Under the pieces are notes generated by a model. The model was not told where the DNA came from. It did not search any database and saw nothing but the letters and a program-made list of their open reading frames with translations. Below are positions 28,278 through 37,555 of a stretch of DNA of 49,450 bases, one piece after another (position 1 is the first letter of the stretch; the number at the start of each line of letters is the position of its first letter). This stretch comes from Bdellovibrionota bacterium FG-1 (GTDB lineage Bacteria; Bdellovibrionota; UBA1018): assembly GCA_051382295.1 (NCBI GenBank), contig JBBCAW010000001.1, positions 1 to 49,450 on the forward strand, read 5' to 3'. The translations under genes were made by a program, and so were the position numbers.

Positions 28278-29072
28278 ATGGAGAGTTCAAAGGGTTTTTT
28301 GGTTACAAGCATTGTGGCCCTGATGGCGATTGGGCCCATGGGTTCAACGGCGCAAGCCGAATTAGAGGGGATTTCGCCTCATGTCTGTGATCGCGGGCCT
28401 GGCGATTTTCAGAAGCTCGCTTTTGATCGCTCGATGCGGATGGCTGAATCCAATCGGGGTGGGATGTTTCAAGGGGGAGTCTGTTGGTGGCATTCAAGGC
28501 TCCAGCGCGCCGCGATCTATCTGACTGAGTTTCGACCTGATTTGCCTAAGCCTACCGCGCAGCAAGCCGCTAGGCTACTTAAGTCGCTGAGCGCGATGAA
28601 GTGGATTGTCGTCATTCCCGGTTATTTTGATTTTCAATCGTTTACGGCTGATTTTTATGATCTGGTGCAAGCACGGCTTGAGGCTTGGCAGCGCGAGGAT
28701 GGCATTCTTAAATTTCGTTGGATCAGTGGCTTAACCGGGCACACTCAGGTGGCTCCAAGTTCTTTGCAATATATCATGGAGCGCATTCACGATATGGTCG
28801 CGGTCCAGCATCGTATCGTATTTGAGAAACTTCAAATTCCCGGAATTGCGGCGCACGCTTGGCTTTTGATCGGTTCGGAGCAGACCCCTGAAGGGTACAC
28901 CATTCAGGTGATTGACAGCAATGACCCACACTCCACCCAAGAGATTCGATATCAATTTGGGGATCGGAGTCTCTCTTTGGCCGGTTCGGGCACGCCTTTG
29001 GTTCCTTATTTAATGTACGAGGGTGATTTAGTGCGTATTTTCACTACCCTCAGTCGGCAGTGTGGACGGTAG
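28278..29072 (+). CDS. Exported hypothetical protein, possible papain-like Cys-His-Asp peptidase
   Basis: Signal peptide ending AQA. Candidate catalytic motifs in order: GVCWWH, AAHAWLL, VIDSN. Confidence 0.6.
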   Translation: MESSKGFLVTSIVALMAIGPMGSTAQAELEGISPHVCDRGPGDFQKLAFDRSMRMAESNRGGMFQGGVCWWHSRLQRAAIYLTEFRPDLPKPTAQQAARLLKSLSAMKWIVVIPGYFDFQSFTADFYDLVQARLEAWQREDGILKFRWISGLTGHTQVAPSSLQYIMERIHDMVAVQHRIVFEKLQIPGIAAHAWLLIGSEQTPEGYTIQVIDSNDPHSTQEIRYQFGDRSLSLAGSGTPLVPYLMYEGDLVRIFTTLSRQCGR

Positions 29073-29165
29073 TCCGGTAGTTTCTGCCCAACTCAGTCGC
29101 CCTTAACGCGGCAAAACATTCAGTCTGGCGGTTTCGCTGATCATTGCTGACAATGGTTAGTAGGA

Positions 29166-29624
29166 ATGGCTAAATTTCACTTTCGTCTGGCAACTGTATT
29201 AGAGGTTCGTAAGCGGCGTGAGCAGGACACTCTCATCGCCTTAGGGGCCGCGCAACGCGCTTATCAACAATCGATTGCCGATAAAATTTCTATCGAAAAA
29301 GAGCTCGAATTAGCCCTGATTCGTCGCGAAAAACTCGGTACTGATGCGGTTCCGGCACTTTTGTTTCGTGTCGAGCAGGACTTTATTACGGGCACTAAAC
29401 AGCGAATTATTCGGGCTGAACAAGGGATCATTCGCGCTAACCGGGGGGTCGAAAAGGCTCTTCGCGTGTATATTTTTGCCCGCAAGCAGACCCGCATGAT
29501 TGAGGTTCTTGAAGAAAAAGATCGGCGTGAGTATCGGCTCCGTCAGGCTAGAAAAGAGCAAAAGGAAATGGAAGAACTCATCGTAATGCGAGCCAGGTTA
29601 ACGGCAAGGGAGGCCGTCAAATGA
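29166..29624 (+). CDS. fliJ: Flagellar export protein FliJ
   Basis: KFHFRLATVLEVRKRRE start, coiled coil, and EQKEMEE end. Confidence 0.88.
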   Translation: MAKFHFRLATVLEVRKRREQDTLIALGAAQRAYQQSIADKISIEKELELALIRREKLGTDAVPALLFRVEQDFITGTKQRIIRAEQGIIRANRGVEKALRVYIFARKQTRMIEVLEEKDRREYRLRQARKEQKEMEELIVMRARLTAREAVK

Positions 29625-30427
29625 GAATCGATCGCTGGAAGGCTCTTTGGTCGGTGGCCGTGCTTGCGATTTTTGGCGGGGCCGTCGTATCGGTTTTTGC
29701 GGGAGACGAAACAGCGACGCCCAAAGGTAGTCCCTCGCCATTAGTGACCGAAGCGGCAGCTGATGGTAACAATGATGATAGCGATGAATCGTCTATTCAT
29801 AAGACTTCGGATGGATGTTTAGCCGATGCCGCTACCTTGGAGGATTTGCGGCGTCAAAAGAGAGAGCTCGAGGCGCGCACTAGGGATCTTTCGTCGAGAG
29901 AATCGGAGTTAAGAGCCCGCGAGACGGCTTTGGCCGATGAAATGAAAAAACTGGTTGAGGCTCGTGACGAGTTCTCCAAGATGGATGGAGATCGAAAAAA
30001 AGAGAATGAAGGTAAAGTAGCCAAACTGGTCGAGACGATTGAAAGCATGAATCCGAAAGCAGCCTCTGCTTTGGTTTCTGCTATCGATGAGGGGTTAGCC
30101 GTTCAGGCGATGAGCCGGCTTTCTACCCCCAAGCTTGCAAAAATGATGAATGTCATGGATCCCCAACGATCCACTAAACTCTCTGAACTTTTGGCCGGAG
30201 TGACCCGGGCCAAACGAGTAAAATCCACGTCGAATGATGGCGTGGCAGCGGTCACAGCTGAGCGTGCGCTCAGTCCACGGAAGGGAGGTGATGAAGATGA
30301 TGGAAAAAGTCATGAACAGGCAAGTAACAAGTCAAATGGCGTTGGCGGGGATGCACTCTCCGCGCACCGACAGCCCGCAGGATCAACAGAGTCTGGGGCA
30401 GCCAGCGAAAAAGGGACCGCTAAATAG
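29621..30427 (+). CDS. MotE/YlxF-like flagellar protein (TM, coiled coil, MgtE-N-like domain)
   Basis: KLVETIESMNPKAASAL...AKMMNVMDP. Lies between fliJ and fliK. Confidence 0.8.
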   Translation: MRIDRWKALWSVAVLAIFGGAVVSVFAGDETATPKGSPSPLVTEAAADGNNDDSDESSIHKTSDGCLADAATLEDLRRQKRELEARTRDLSSRESELRARETALADEMKKLVEARDEFSKMDGDRKKENEGKVAKLVETIESMNPKAASALVSAIDEGLAVQAMSRLSTPKLAKMMNVMDPQRSTKLSELLAGVTRAKRVKSTSNDGVAAVTAERALSPRKGGDEDDGKSHEQASNKSNGVGGDALSAHRQPAGSTESGAASEKGTAK

Positions 30428-32030
30428 TGATGATGCGGCCTTTGATGCGCAGCTGACTCAGGCGGGTTTGTTAGCACAGCAGCAGTTGGCGGGTACAGTG
30501 CCAGCTCCGATTCCTAGTCGGGGTGAATTTGTCATGCCCCAAACGCTTGACCCGAAATCGAACTTAAAATCGAATTCGGAATTAGGCGCTCAGGGGGATA
30601 CGCAAGTGAGTCTGGCACCTGTACCAATGGCACCTGTACTAATGGCACAGGTGCCAATGAATGTTCAGGGTGAGAGAGGCGAGGTGTCTCATCTCTTGAG
30701 CCGAACTGAACAGTCGCCACTGACCTTGAAGACCGCCGCCAGTTCGAATACTGTGTCCGCTTTAACTGGACTCAAGCCTTGGAGCAAAGAATGGGTGTTT
30801 GGAAATGAGCTCGGCAATTTTGTCGAAGATTCAAAAACTCTAAATGCATCGGAGCTTCAGGCCGTTCGCAGCGATAAGGCCCCGCCAGCGCAGGGCATGT
30901 TGCCTACGACGAAGAGAGGTGAGGAGGACTCGGCGCTTTCATTGGTGCTTGAGCTGCTTTCGGGCAGTCAAGCCGGTGAACGCGTCGGACTGCCTTTGAA
31001 TCAGGGAAATCCAGAAGCTGGAACCAATGATTTAAGGGGAGTTGCGGCACTGCTTCAAGGGCCATCGGTCGGGCAACCGGTAGTAGGTGGTCAAGGGGGT
31101 GTGATTCCGTTGAATAAAGGCCAACAACCTAGCGCGAGAGATCGCATGAGGTTGAATTCGGCTCTTTCTTCGGGGGGCGACTTCTTGAGTACCTTAAATG
31201 CGGCTCGTTCTGCAGTGGTACCGTCTCTGGGAGGCGGGGCCAAAGCGGATGATTTTCTCTCAGGACAACAGGGAGAAGAAAAGCCGAATTTGCGGGTGAT
31301 CGAGGGTGGTATGAAGGCTAGGTCAAAGTCTCCATTTGGCGAGACAGGCGAGACCTTGGAACAACGGTCTGCCATGGATCGCCTGATGGAGAGCCATGGC
31401 TTAGTAACCGCAGGCGTAGCAGCAGAGCAAGGGCGTGGAGCGATGGGCCCCATGCCGACTGAGGTGACCGGGCACGTGATCAAAGGAGCAAACGCCGAGG
31501 ATCGTTTTTCCTCGGAGTCTTTGTTTGGAATCACCAACAGCATTCGTAATTTTACCGCTCAAGGGGGTGGTGAAATGCGAATTCATCTGAAACCCGAAAA
31601 TCTCGGAGAGCTGCATGTGCGTGTGATGACGGACGGACATAATGTCGGCCTTCACATTCAGGCCTCTGACGAACGATCCAAGCGCATCCTTGAAGAAAGC
31701 ATTAGCCACCTTAAGGAAACGCTAGCGACTCAAAATCTCAGTCTGGGCGCGGTCGATTTGACCGTGGCGCAGGCGGGGGCGGGGAGCTCGATGGGTGACC
31801 AACGCCAGGGATCTGGCGAGCAGCACTCTGCGGGGCAGTTTGGGCAAGGCATGCAGGATCTGATGGGCCAGCAGAACAGGGGAGGAAATTTCGGCGGACA
31901 AACCAATCGTGATGGTTGGAGTGGTACCGAAAATGACATCTCGCGTCCGTTGGGTCGTCCAGCAGCAGCGGCTGCTGCGGCTCGATCGTCTGCCGCTTTG
32001 GCTGCGCATCGCCTCGATGTGCAAGCCTAA
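30297..32030 (+). CDS. fliK: Flagellar hook-length control protein FliK
   Basis: Low-complexity N-terminus, C-terminal MRIHLKPENLGELHVRV...LKETLATQNL, and terminal LDVQA. Start placed 7 nt after GGAGGT. Confidence 0.9.
   Translation: MMEKVMNRQVTSQMALAGMHSPRTDSPQDQQSLGQPAKKGPLNSDDAAFDAQLTQAGLLAQQQLAGTVPAPIPSRGEFVMPQTLDPKSNLKSNSELGAQGDTQVSLAPVPMAPVLMAQVPMNVQGERGEVSHLLSRTEQSPLTLKTAASSNTVSALTGLKPWSKEWVFGNELGNFVEDSKTLNASELQAVRSDKAPPAQGMLPTTKRGEEDSALSLVLELLSGSQAGERVGLPLNQGNPEAGTNDLRGVAALLQGPSVGQPVVGGQGGVIPLNKGQQPSARDRMRLNSALSSGGDFLSTLNAARSAVVPSLGGGAKADDFLSGQQGEEKPNLRVIEGGMKARSKSPFGETGETLEQRSAMDRLMESHGLVTAGVAAEQGRGAMGPMPTEVTGHVIKGANAEDRFSSESLFGITNSIRNFTAQGGGEMRIHLKPENLGELHVRVMTDGHNVGLHIQASDERSKRILEESISHLKETLATQNLSLGAVDLTVAQAGAGSSMGDQRQGSGEQHSAGQFGQGMQDLMGQQNRGGNFGGQTNRDGWSGTENDISRPLGRPAAAAAAARSSAALAAHRLDVQA
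30613..30660 (+). repeat. Three imperfect 15-bp tandem repeats inside fliK
   Basis: TGGCACCTGTACCAA TGGCACCTGTACTAA TGGCACAGGTGCCAA, encoding APVPM APVLM AQVPM. Confidence 0.8.
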
Positions 32031-32147
32031 GTTGAGATCAATATTTTGCTGGGCGGTGGAATCGCTGATTCCCCGCCCGGGCAAAAAAAGCCGGTTGTTT
32101 CGAACGTAGAATATGAAATAATTTCTGTGTAGGAGCGGTGAATTCGA

Positions 32148-33245
32148 ATGTCTTTAGGCACGGCCCAAAATGCAGTAGCGGCGATGACTCAGTCCGTGAG
32201 TAGTGCCGGCACGAATGCCGGGGTGACCAACGGCGCGCCGGCTCGTGAAAAAGACCGTACCGAAGCGGAAACGGCCCCCCAGTTCGGTGAGATTATCCAA
32301 AATATCCAAGCTAAGTACGGTGCCAAGCCGGAAAAGCAGCGGGAGATCAAAAAGACCCTCGGTAAGGACGATTTTTTACGGATCATGATCACGCAGATGA
32401 AAAATCAAGATCCAACCAATCCGTTTAAAGCGGATCAAATGGCCTCCCAAATGGCCCAATTTTCGACCGTTGAGCAGCTGAAAAATATGAGCGATTCAAT
32501 GGCCAAACTCACCACCGCCAACCAGCCCCTCGAGCGCTTGGCGATGACTAATATGATTGGTAAGACGCTGACCGTAGATCGTGGAAGGTTTCCGCATACC
32601 GAAGGACAGAACGAACAGTTGGGGTTTGGCTTGCCTAAGGATGCCACGCAGGTCAGTATTTCGCTCATCAACGATCAGGGCGAAACCATTTTACAAAAAG
32701 ATCTTGGAAAGATGAAGGCGGGCGAGGGGAGCTTTACCTGGGATGGAAAACGTTCCAATACGCTGGCGGCCAAGACCGGAACCTATATGATTCGGGTGGA
32801 CGCGCAGGATGAAAATGGCCAAAAACTGGAAACTAATTCGCAGACCACCGCGCGCGTGATTGGCATCAGCTTTGAGGGGGCTGAGCCTGTTTTCTTGGTG
32901 GGAGATAATAAACACCAAGAAAAAGTGACCATGAAAAATATTGTCCGAATCGATGGCGAGTCGCCAGGTGGCAACGGCCCAGCCTTGGGAGCTTCTCCTT
33001 CTGGGGCCCCGGTCAACGTCGCACCGCCAGCGAAGAGTTCACCGGCTTTCTTCTCGTTTCAAAAAGGTGTGGGCTCAAGCAATTTGGACCCTTCTTCGGT
33101 GCCGCCAGAGATGCAGAAGGCTTTGGCCCAGTATCATGCGCAGGGCGTTCCTGCGAATCCGGCCCAGTTAGGGCCAAAATCGGGACCGCCTCGAGCGCAG
33201 CCCGTCGAGGAGAAAGGTTTTCCGAATGGTTTACATGACAATTGA
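32148..33245 (+). CDS. flgD: Flagellar hook-cap/assembly protein FlgD
   Basis: LGKDDFLRIMITQMKNQDPTNP, QMAQFSTVEQL and FTWDG. Confidence 0.95.
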   Translation: MSLGTAQNAVAAMTQSVSSAGTNAGVTNGAPAREKDRTEAETAPQFGEIIQNIQAKYGAKPEKQREIKKTLGKDDFLRIMITQMKNQDPTNPFKADQMASQMAQFSTVEQLKNMSDSMAKLTTANQPLERLAMTNMIGKTLTVDRGRFPHTEGQNEQLGFGLPKDATQVSISLINDQGETILQKDLGKMKAGEGSFTWDGKRSNTLAAKTGTYMIRVDAQDENGQKLETNSQTTARVIGISFEGAEPVFLVGDNKHQEKVTMKNIVRIDGESPGGNGPALGASPSGAPVNVAPPAKSSPAFFSFQKGVGSSNLDPSSVPPEMQKALAQYHAQGVPANPAQLGPKSGPPRAQPVEEKGFPNGLHDN

Positions 33246-33278
33246 AACCAGGCAAAATGTGAAAGGAGGTGATGACAA

Positions 33279-33731
33279 ATGAGTAATGGAACGTTTCTCT
33301 ATCCCAATGTGACTTCGTTGCCAGCTCAGAGCGGAGTTTCTCCCTCTGAACGGCAAGCGAAGAAACAAGAGGGAGCGAAAGGCGAGTTCGATCAAGTTTT
33401 CGAACAGGCCATTGACAAGGCAGGCAAGACCGCGGGTCCGGCTGAGTCGAGTGCATCGAGTCTGGAGCAAATCAAGGCTCCACTCAAGTTCTCGGCGCAT
33501 GCTTCGCAACGATTGCGTGACCGCAAGATCAATCTTGATGCAGCTACCCTGACTAAGGTCAGTGAGGCTGTAGATAAGGCCGGCGCTAAAGGAATCGATG
33601 ATACCTTGGTGCTGACCAAGGATGCGGCCTTGATCGTCAACGTCAAGAACCGCACCGTGATTACGGCGATGGACCGAGCCCAAATGGCGGGCAATGTGTT
33701 TACGAACATCGATGGCGCAGTGATTATATAA
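33279..33731 (+). CDS. TIGR02530-like flagellar operon protein
   Basis: LKFSAHASQRLRDR...AVDKAGAKG...LIVNVKNRTVITAMD...NVFTNIDGAVII. Lies between flgD and flgE. Confidence 0.9.
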   Translation: MSNGTFLYPNVTSLPAQSGVSPSERQAKKQEGAKGEFDQVFEQAIDKAGKTAGPAESSASSLEQIKAPLKFSAHASQRLRDRKINLDAATLTKVSEAVDKAGAKGIDDTLVLTKDAALIVNVKNRTVITAMDRAQMAGNVFTNIDGAVII

Positions 33732-33775
33732 ACCAGTCTGGAGCGATGTTGTCGCCCAGGCCGGAGTACTGACTT

Positions 33776-33862
33776 CTAGGCTGGACCTCATAGAGGAAGC
33801 CTAGCCGACCCCGATTGATTGACGGGTCGGATTTCCTTAAAACCCAAGCGCAGGAGGCGCTT
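33776..33862 (+). promoter_or_regulatory. Structured flgE leader (three hairpins, the last enclosing the Shine-Dalgarno)
   Basis: CTAGGCT-GGA-CCTC-ATA-GAGG-A-AGCCTAG, CCGACCC-N12-GGGTCGG, and AAGCGC-AGGAG-GCGCTT. Confidence 0.6.
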
Positions 33863-33867
33863 CCGCT

Positions 33868-35151
33868 ATGAGTATTCTATCCTCAATGTATACTGGTATT
33901 ACGGGCCTGCAGGGGCAAGGTGAAGCGTTGTCGATTTACGGCGACAATATTGCCAATGCCCAAACCAACGGTTTCAAAACCAGCCGTCCTGAGTTTCAGG
34001 ATGTGGTGGCTAAATCTCTCAAAGGCGTTTTGGGAGGAAATCAAATCGGTCGGGGTACGCGTTTGGCTGGGGTTAACCCGATTTTTGCGCAGGGATCAGT
34101 GGTTCAGACCGATTCGGCGACTGACTTGGCGTTGACTGGCGATGGATTCTTCGTCGTGAACGGTGCCGATGGCCAGAGTTTTACGCGTAACGGTTCCTTT
34201 CACTTCGACAAAGAAGGTAAGCTGATTAACTCGGATAACTATCGCGTGCAGGGGTTTCAATCGGACGAAAATGGAAAAGTGACCTCTAAATTGGGAGATA
34301 TTTCGGTCGATCGAACCGTGGTCGATGCGAAAAAGACGACCGAGGTTAAATTGTTCGCCAACCTCGACTTGCGTGCGGATAAGAGTTTGGAATTCGATCC
34401 TCAGCATCCCGAGCAAACCGCGCATTTCGCGACCGGTGTCACGATTTACGATACGGCAGGCACTGCGCATGTGATTACGGTCTACTTTAATAAGACCGAT
34501 GATGGTGTTTGGACGTGGCGCGGGATGGCCAAGGGTGATGAAATCCAGGGCGGCAGCAAAGACGCGATGGTCGAACAGGCTCGTGGTCGATTGATTTTCG
34601 ATAGTGATGGTCACCTGAAAGAGCAAGTCATTGATAAGTCGAGCTTCCAATTTAATAAGGGTGCGTTGTCTGACCAGATCATCAAGTTCAACTTTGGGGA
34701 CGATAAAAAGAGCGGCGGAACTGGCTTATCAGTCACGCAGTATGGAACGAATTCAGAGGCCTTTAAGACGTTGCAAGACGGTTTTACGGCGGGCACTCTA
34801 TCCGGCCTGACTTTCAATGACGATGGCAATCTGACCGCAGTGTACAGTAATGGTCAGAATATCAACTTGGCCCAAATCGCGGTGGGTAAGTTTGAAAATC
34901 CGGAAGGGCTTTTCAAAATGGGTCAGAATCGTTATCGCGAGTCGCGTCTTTCAGGGCAGGCGACGATCGGCGCACCTCAATCCGGTGGTCGTGGGCGCAT
35001 TGCCTCGAAGTCACTGGAGTCGTCGACGACCGATATCGCCAACGAGTTCATCAATCTGATGACCTCGCAACGAAACTTCCAGGCCAACTCCAAGGTCATC
35101 TCGACCGCCGATGAAATGATGCAAGAGGTCTTAAGCTTGAAACGCACTTAA
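33868..35151 (+). CDS. flgE: Flagellar hook protein FlgE
   Basis: GDNIANAQTNGFK, DLALTGDGFF, FTRNGSF and LESSTTDIANEFINLMTSQRNFQANSKVI. Confidence 0.97.
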   Translation: MSILSSMYTGITGLQGQGEALSIYGDNIANAQTNGFKTSRPEFQDVVAKSLKGVLGGNQIGRGTRLAGVNPIFAQGSVVQTDSATDLALTGDGFFVVNGADGQSFTRNGSFHFDKEGKLINSDNYRVQGFQSDENGKVTSKLGDISVDRTVVDAKKTTEVKLFANLDLRADKSLEFDPQHPEQTAHFATGVTIYDTAGTAHVITVYFNKTDDGVWTWRGMAKGDEIQGGSKDAMVEQARGRLIFDSDGHLKEQVIDKSSFQFNKGALSDQIIKFNFGDDKKSGGTGLSVTQYGTNSEAFKTLQDGFTAGTLSGLTFNDDGNLTAVYSNGQNINLAQIAVGKFENPEGLFKMGQNRYRESRLSGQATIGAPQSGGRGRIASKSLESSTTDIANEFINLMTSQRNFQANSKVISTADEMMQEVLSLKRT

Positions 35152-35171
35152 TTTTGAGTTCCGTCCGAGTT

Positions 35172-35208
35172 AGCCCGCGCGCTCTATTGAGGGGGGCGCG
35201 GGCGTTTT
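35172..35208 (+). terminator. Probable rho-independent terminator after flgE
   Basis: GCCCGCGC...GCGCGGGC stem followed by GTTTT. Confidence 0.55.
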
Positions 35209-35388
35209 GACGGACCCAATTTCCCGGTTTGATTATTGTTGGGTTTTTCCTGCCAGCATTTTGGCGGTCAAAAACAAAACCCTAAATTCAATGAAATAGA
35301 GATCAAAAGAAGCTGATTTGGCTAGGCAACCTCTTGCCTATTAGGTGTTCCGCGTTGCAAAATAGTGAAGCGAGGAGACCTACGCCGA

Positions 35389-35973
35389 ATGGCTGAAGAA
35401 GAAGATAAAAGCGAAAGTACCGAGTCCGCTGCGGCCCCTTCCGGGGGCGGCGGGAGCAAGCTGGTTCTTGTTCTCACCGGATTGAATATTGTCGCGACTC
35501 TGGGAATGATCGGAATCCTATTTCTCTCCTTGCAGAAGGAAAGAAAAACCACCTCGATCGAAGATATTGCCGTCAAAGGCGCTGACCATGGTGACGGAAA
35601 AAAAGAGGGTGACGCCCACGGTGGTGGTCATGACAAAAAGGAAGAAAAGAAACAGGTTGAGTTTGGAAAAATGGTCACGCTCGACCAATTCACCGTAAAT
35701 CTCTCTACCCCAGGGAGCACAAACCCTAAGTTTGTTCGAGTCAATGTGTCGCTCGAACTCCCCCATCCCGAGGCTGAGAGCGAAGTCGTCGCCAAGATGC
35801 CGCAAGTTCGCAATGTGATTATTGACCTGTTTAATAGTAAACGGCCTACGGATCTGGCAACGGCTGAGGGGCGCGACTATCTCAAAGAAGAAATTCGAAA
35901 TGCCATTAACAGTTTTTTAGTAACCGGAAGGGTTAAAGGGGTGTTTTTCACAAACTTTGCGTTGGCGCAGTAA
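35389..35973 (+). CDS. fliL: Flagellar basal body protein FliL
   Basis: Single TM, FTVNL, and PQVRNVII...LKEEI...VFFTNF. Start placed after RBS GAGGAG. Confidence 0.92.
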   Translation: MAEEEDKSESTESAAAPSGGGGSKLVLVLTGLNIVATLGMIGILFLSLQKERKTTSIEDIAVKGADHGDGKKEGDAHGGGHDKKEEKKQVEFGKMVTLDQFTVNLSTPGSTNPKFVRVNVSLELPHPEAESEVVAKMPQVRNVIIDLFNSKRPTDLATAEGRDYLKEEIRNAINSFLVTGRVKGVFFTNFALAQ

Positions 35974-36044
35974 CTGACTTGTTGTATCGCTGGCGCAGGA
36001 AGCGCCATCAGGATGGAATGTAAAATGGTTAGGATGACCGAAAT

Positions 36045-37097
36045 ATGAATCAGGTTCTTACCCAGTCCGAAGTCGATGCTCTTCTGAATGCCGTATCCGA
36101 CGGGGCAGTGGACGTGGCCGCGGCCGGGTCGGCCTCAGGTGCGTCTGCTGGCGGCGGCGGCAACGCAGGTGGTGGCGGTGATTGGAATGCCGGCGGCGGA
36201 GCTGAGCCGAACGATCCCGAGGTTGCCCCTTATGATCTCACCAATCAAGACCGGGTTATTCGCGGAAGAATGCCGACGCTTGATATTATCTATGAGCGTT
36301 TTATCCGACTTTACCGGATGTCATTGTCCAATGCGCTTCGAAAGATTGCGACGATTTCGATTATTTCTACCGATTTACTGAAGTTCGGTGAATTCGTTAA
36401 TACGCTGCCTATTCCGAGTTGCATGTGTATCATGCGCTTTGAAAGCTTACGCGGTCCCGCGCTACTCGTGTTTGAAAGTAAGCTGGCCTACGCGCTTGTG
36501 GATAGTTTTTTTGGCGGCACTGACCGGCCCTATACTAAGATTGAGGGTAAGGAATTCACGCGCATCGAGCTTTCGATTATGCGCAAGGTCATGGACCTTG
36601 CGATCAAGGATCTCGAGGACGCCTGGGCTCCGGTTCACAAAACTGATATTTCATTTGGTCGCACCGAAGTGAATCCGCAGTTTGTAGGCGTAGTACCGCC
36701 GTCAGACGTGATCATCTCGACTACTTTTGAAGTCGAACTCGAAAATGCCAGCGGCACGATTGCATTAGTCATCCCTTACTCGACGATTGAGCCCATCAAA
36801 CACAAGCTCAATGCTTCGTTTCAGACTGAAACCGATCGAGTGGATACTGAGTGGACCAATAAGATGGAGGAGCATCTTCGGCAGGCTCCTGCCAATGTTC
36901 GAGTCAATCTCGGGGCCGCTGCGATTACGGTGGGAGACTTAGTTAATCTCAATATCGGTGATATTATTCCCTTATCGCAGGATGTGGATGGCGAGCTCGA
37001 TATTTTGGTTGAAGGCGTTCCTAAATTTAAATGTTTTTTTGGGATTTCTCGGGGCAATCGAGCCGTTCAAGTGACCCGACTTTTGGATGATGAGTAA
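36045..37097 (+). CDS. fliM: Flagellar motor switch protein FliM
   Basis: N-terminal VLTQSEVDALL CheY-binding peptide, and EVNPQF. Confidence 0.97.
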   Translation: MNQVLTQSEVDALLNAVSDGAVDVAAAGSASGASAGGGGNAGGGGDWNAGGGAEPNDPEVAPYDLTNQDRVIRGRMPTLDIIYERFIRLYRMSLSNALRKIATISIISTDLLKFGEFVNTLPIPSCMCIMRFESLRGPALLVFESKLAYALVDSFFGGTDRPYTKIEGKEFTRIELSIMRKVMDLAIKDLEDAWAPVHKTDISFGRTEVNPQFVGVVPPSDVIISTTFEVELENASGTIALVIPYSTIEPIKHKLNASFQTETDRVDTEWTNKMEEHLRQAPANVRVNLGAAAITVGDLVNLNIGDIIPLSQDVDGELDILVEGVPKFKCFFGISRGNRAVQVTRLLDDE

Positions 37098-37123
37098 TAG
37101 GTGAGCAATAAGGAGAGAGTGGT

Positions 37124-37513
37124 ATGAACATGAGCGAATCAGCCGGTGCACTGGGCGACATCAACTTAGGGGATCTAGGAGGGGGAGGGGGCGGTCTGGG
37201 TGATCCAGGAGGTGCTCCCGCAGGAGCTGCGGCTCAGAAGAGCGGGCCTGCCGTTCAGTCGTTGGACTTTATTTTGGATATTCCGCTCAAAGTGACAGTA
37301 GAACTGGGGCGTTCACGGATGGCGATTCGTGAAATATTGCAGCTCGCCCAGGGTTCAGTCGTAGAACTTTCTAAATTTGCCGGTGAACCCTTGGAGGTAC
37401 TCGTAAACGAAAAACTCATCGCAAGAGGCGAGGTGGTCGTCGTTAATGAGAAGTTCGGAGTTCGGCTGACGGATATTCTTTCACCTGTTGAACGAATTGA
37501 GCAGTTGAAATAG
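37124..37513 (+). CDS. fliN: Flagellar motor switch protein FliN
   Basis: ILDIPLKVTVELGR...GEVVVVNEKFGVRLTDI. Confidence 0.97.
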   Translation: MNMSESAGALGDINLGDLGGGGGGLGDPGGAPAGAAAQKSGPAVQSLDFILDIPLKVTVELGRSRMAIREILQLAQGSVVELSKFAGEPLEVLVNEKLIARGEVVVVNEKFGVRLTDILSPVERIEQLK

Positions 37514-37555
37514 TACGTAGTTGGCCCCTAACACGCGTAGACAGGAGGTCGTAGC

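Noticed and set aside
35323..35340. TAGGCAA-CCTC-TTGCCTA upstream of fliL as a sigma-54 promoter
   Set aside because: GG-to-GC spacing is 9 rather than the required 10. It is a palindrome of unknown role.
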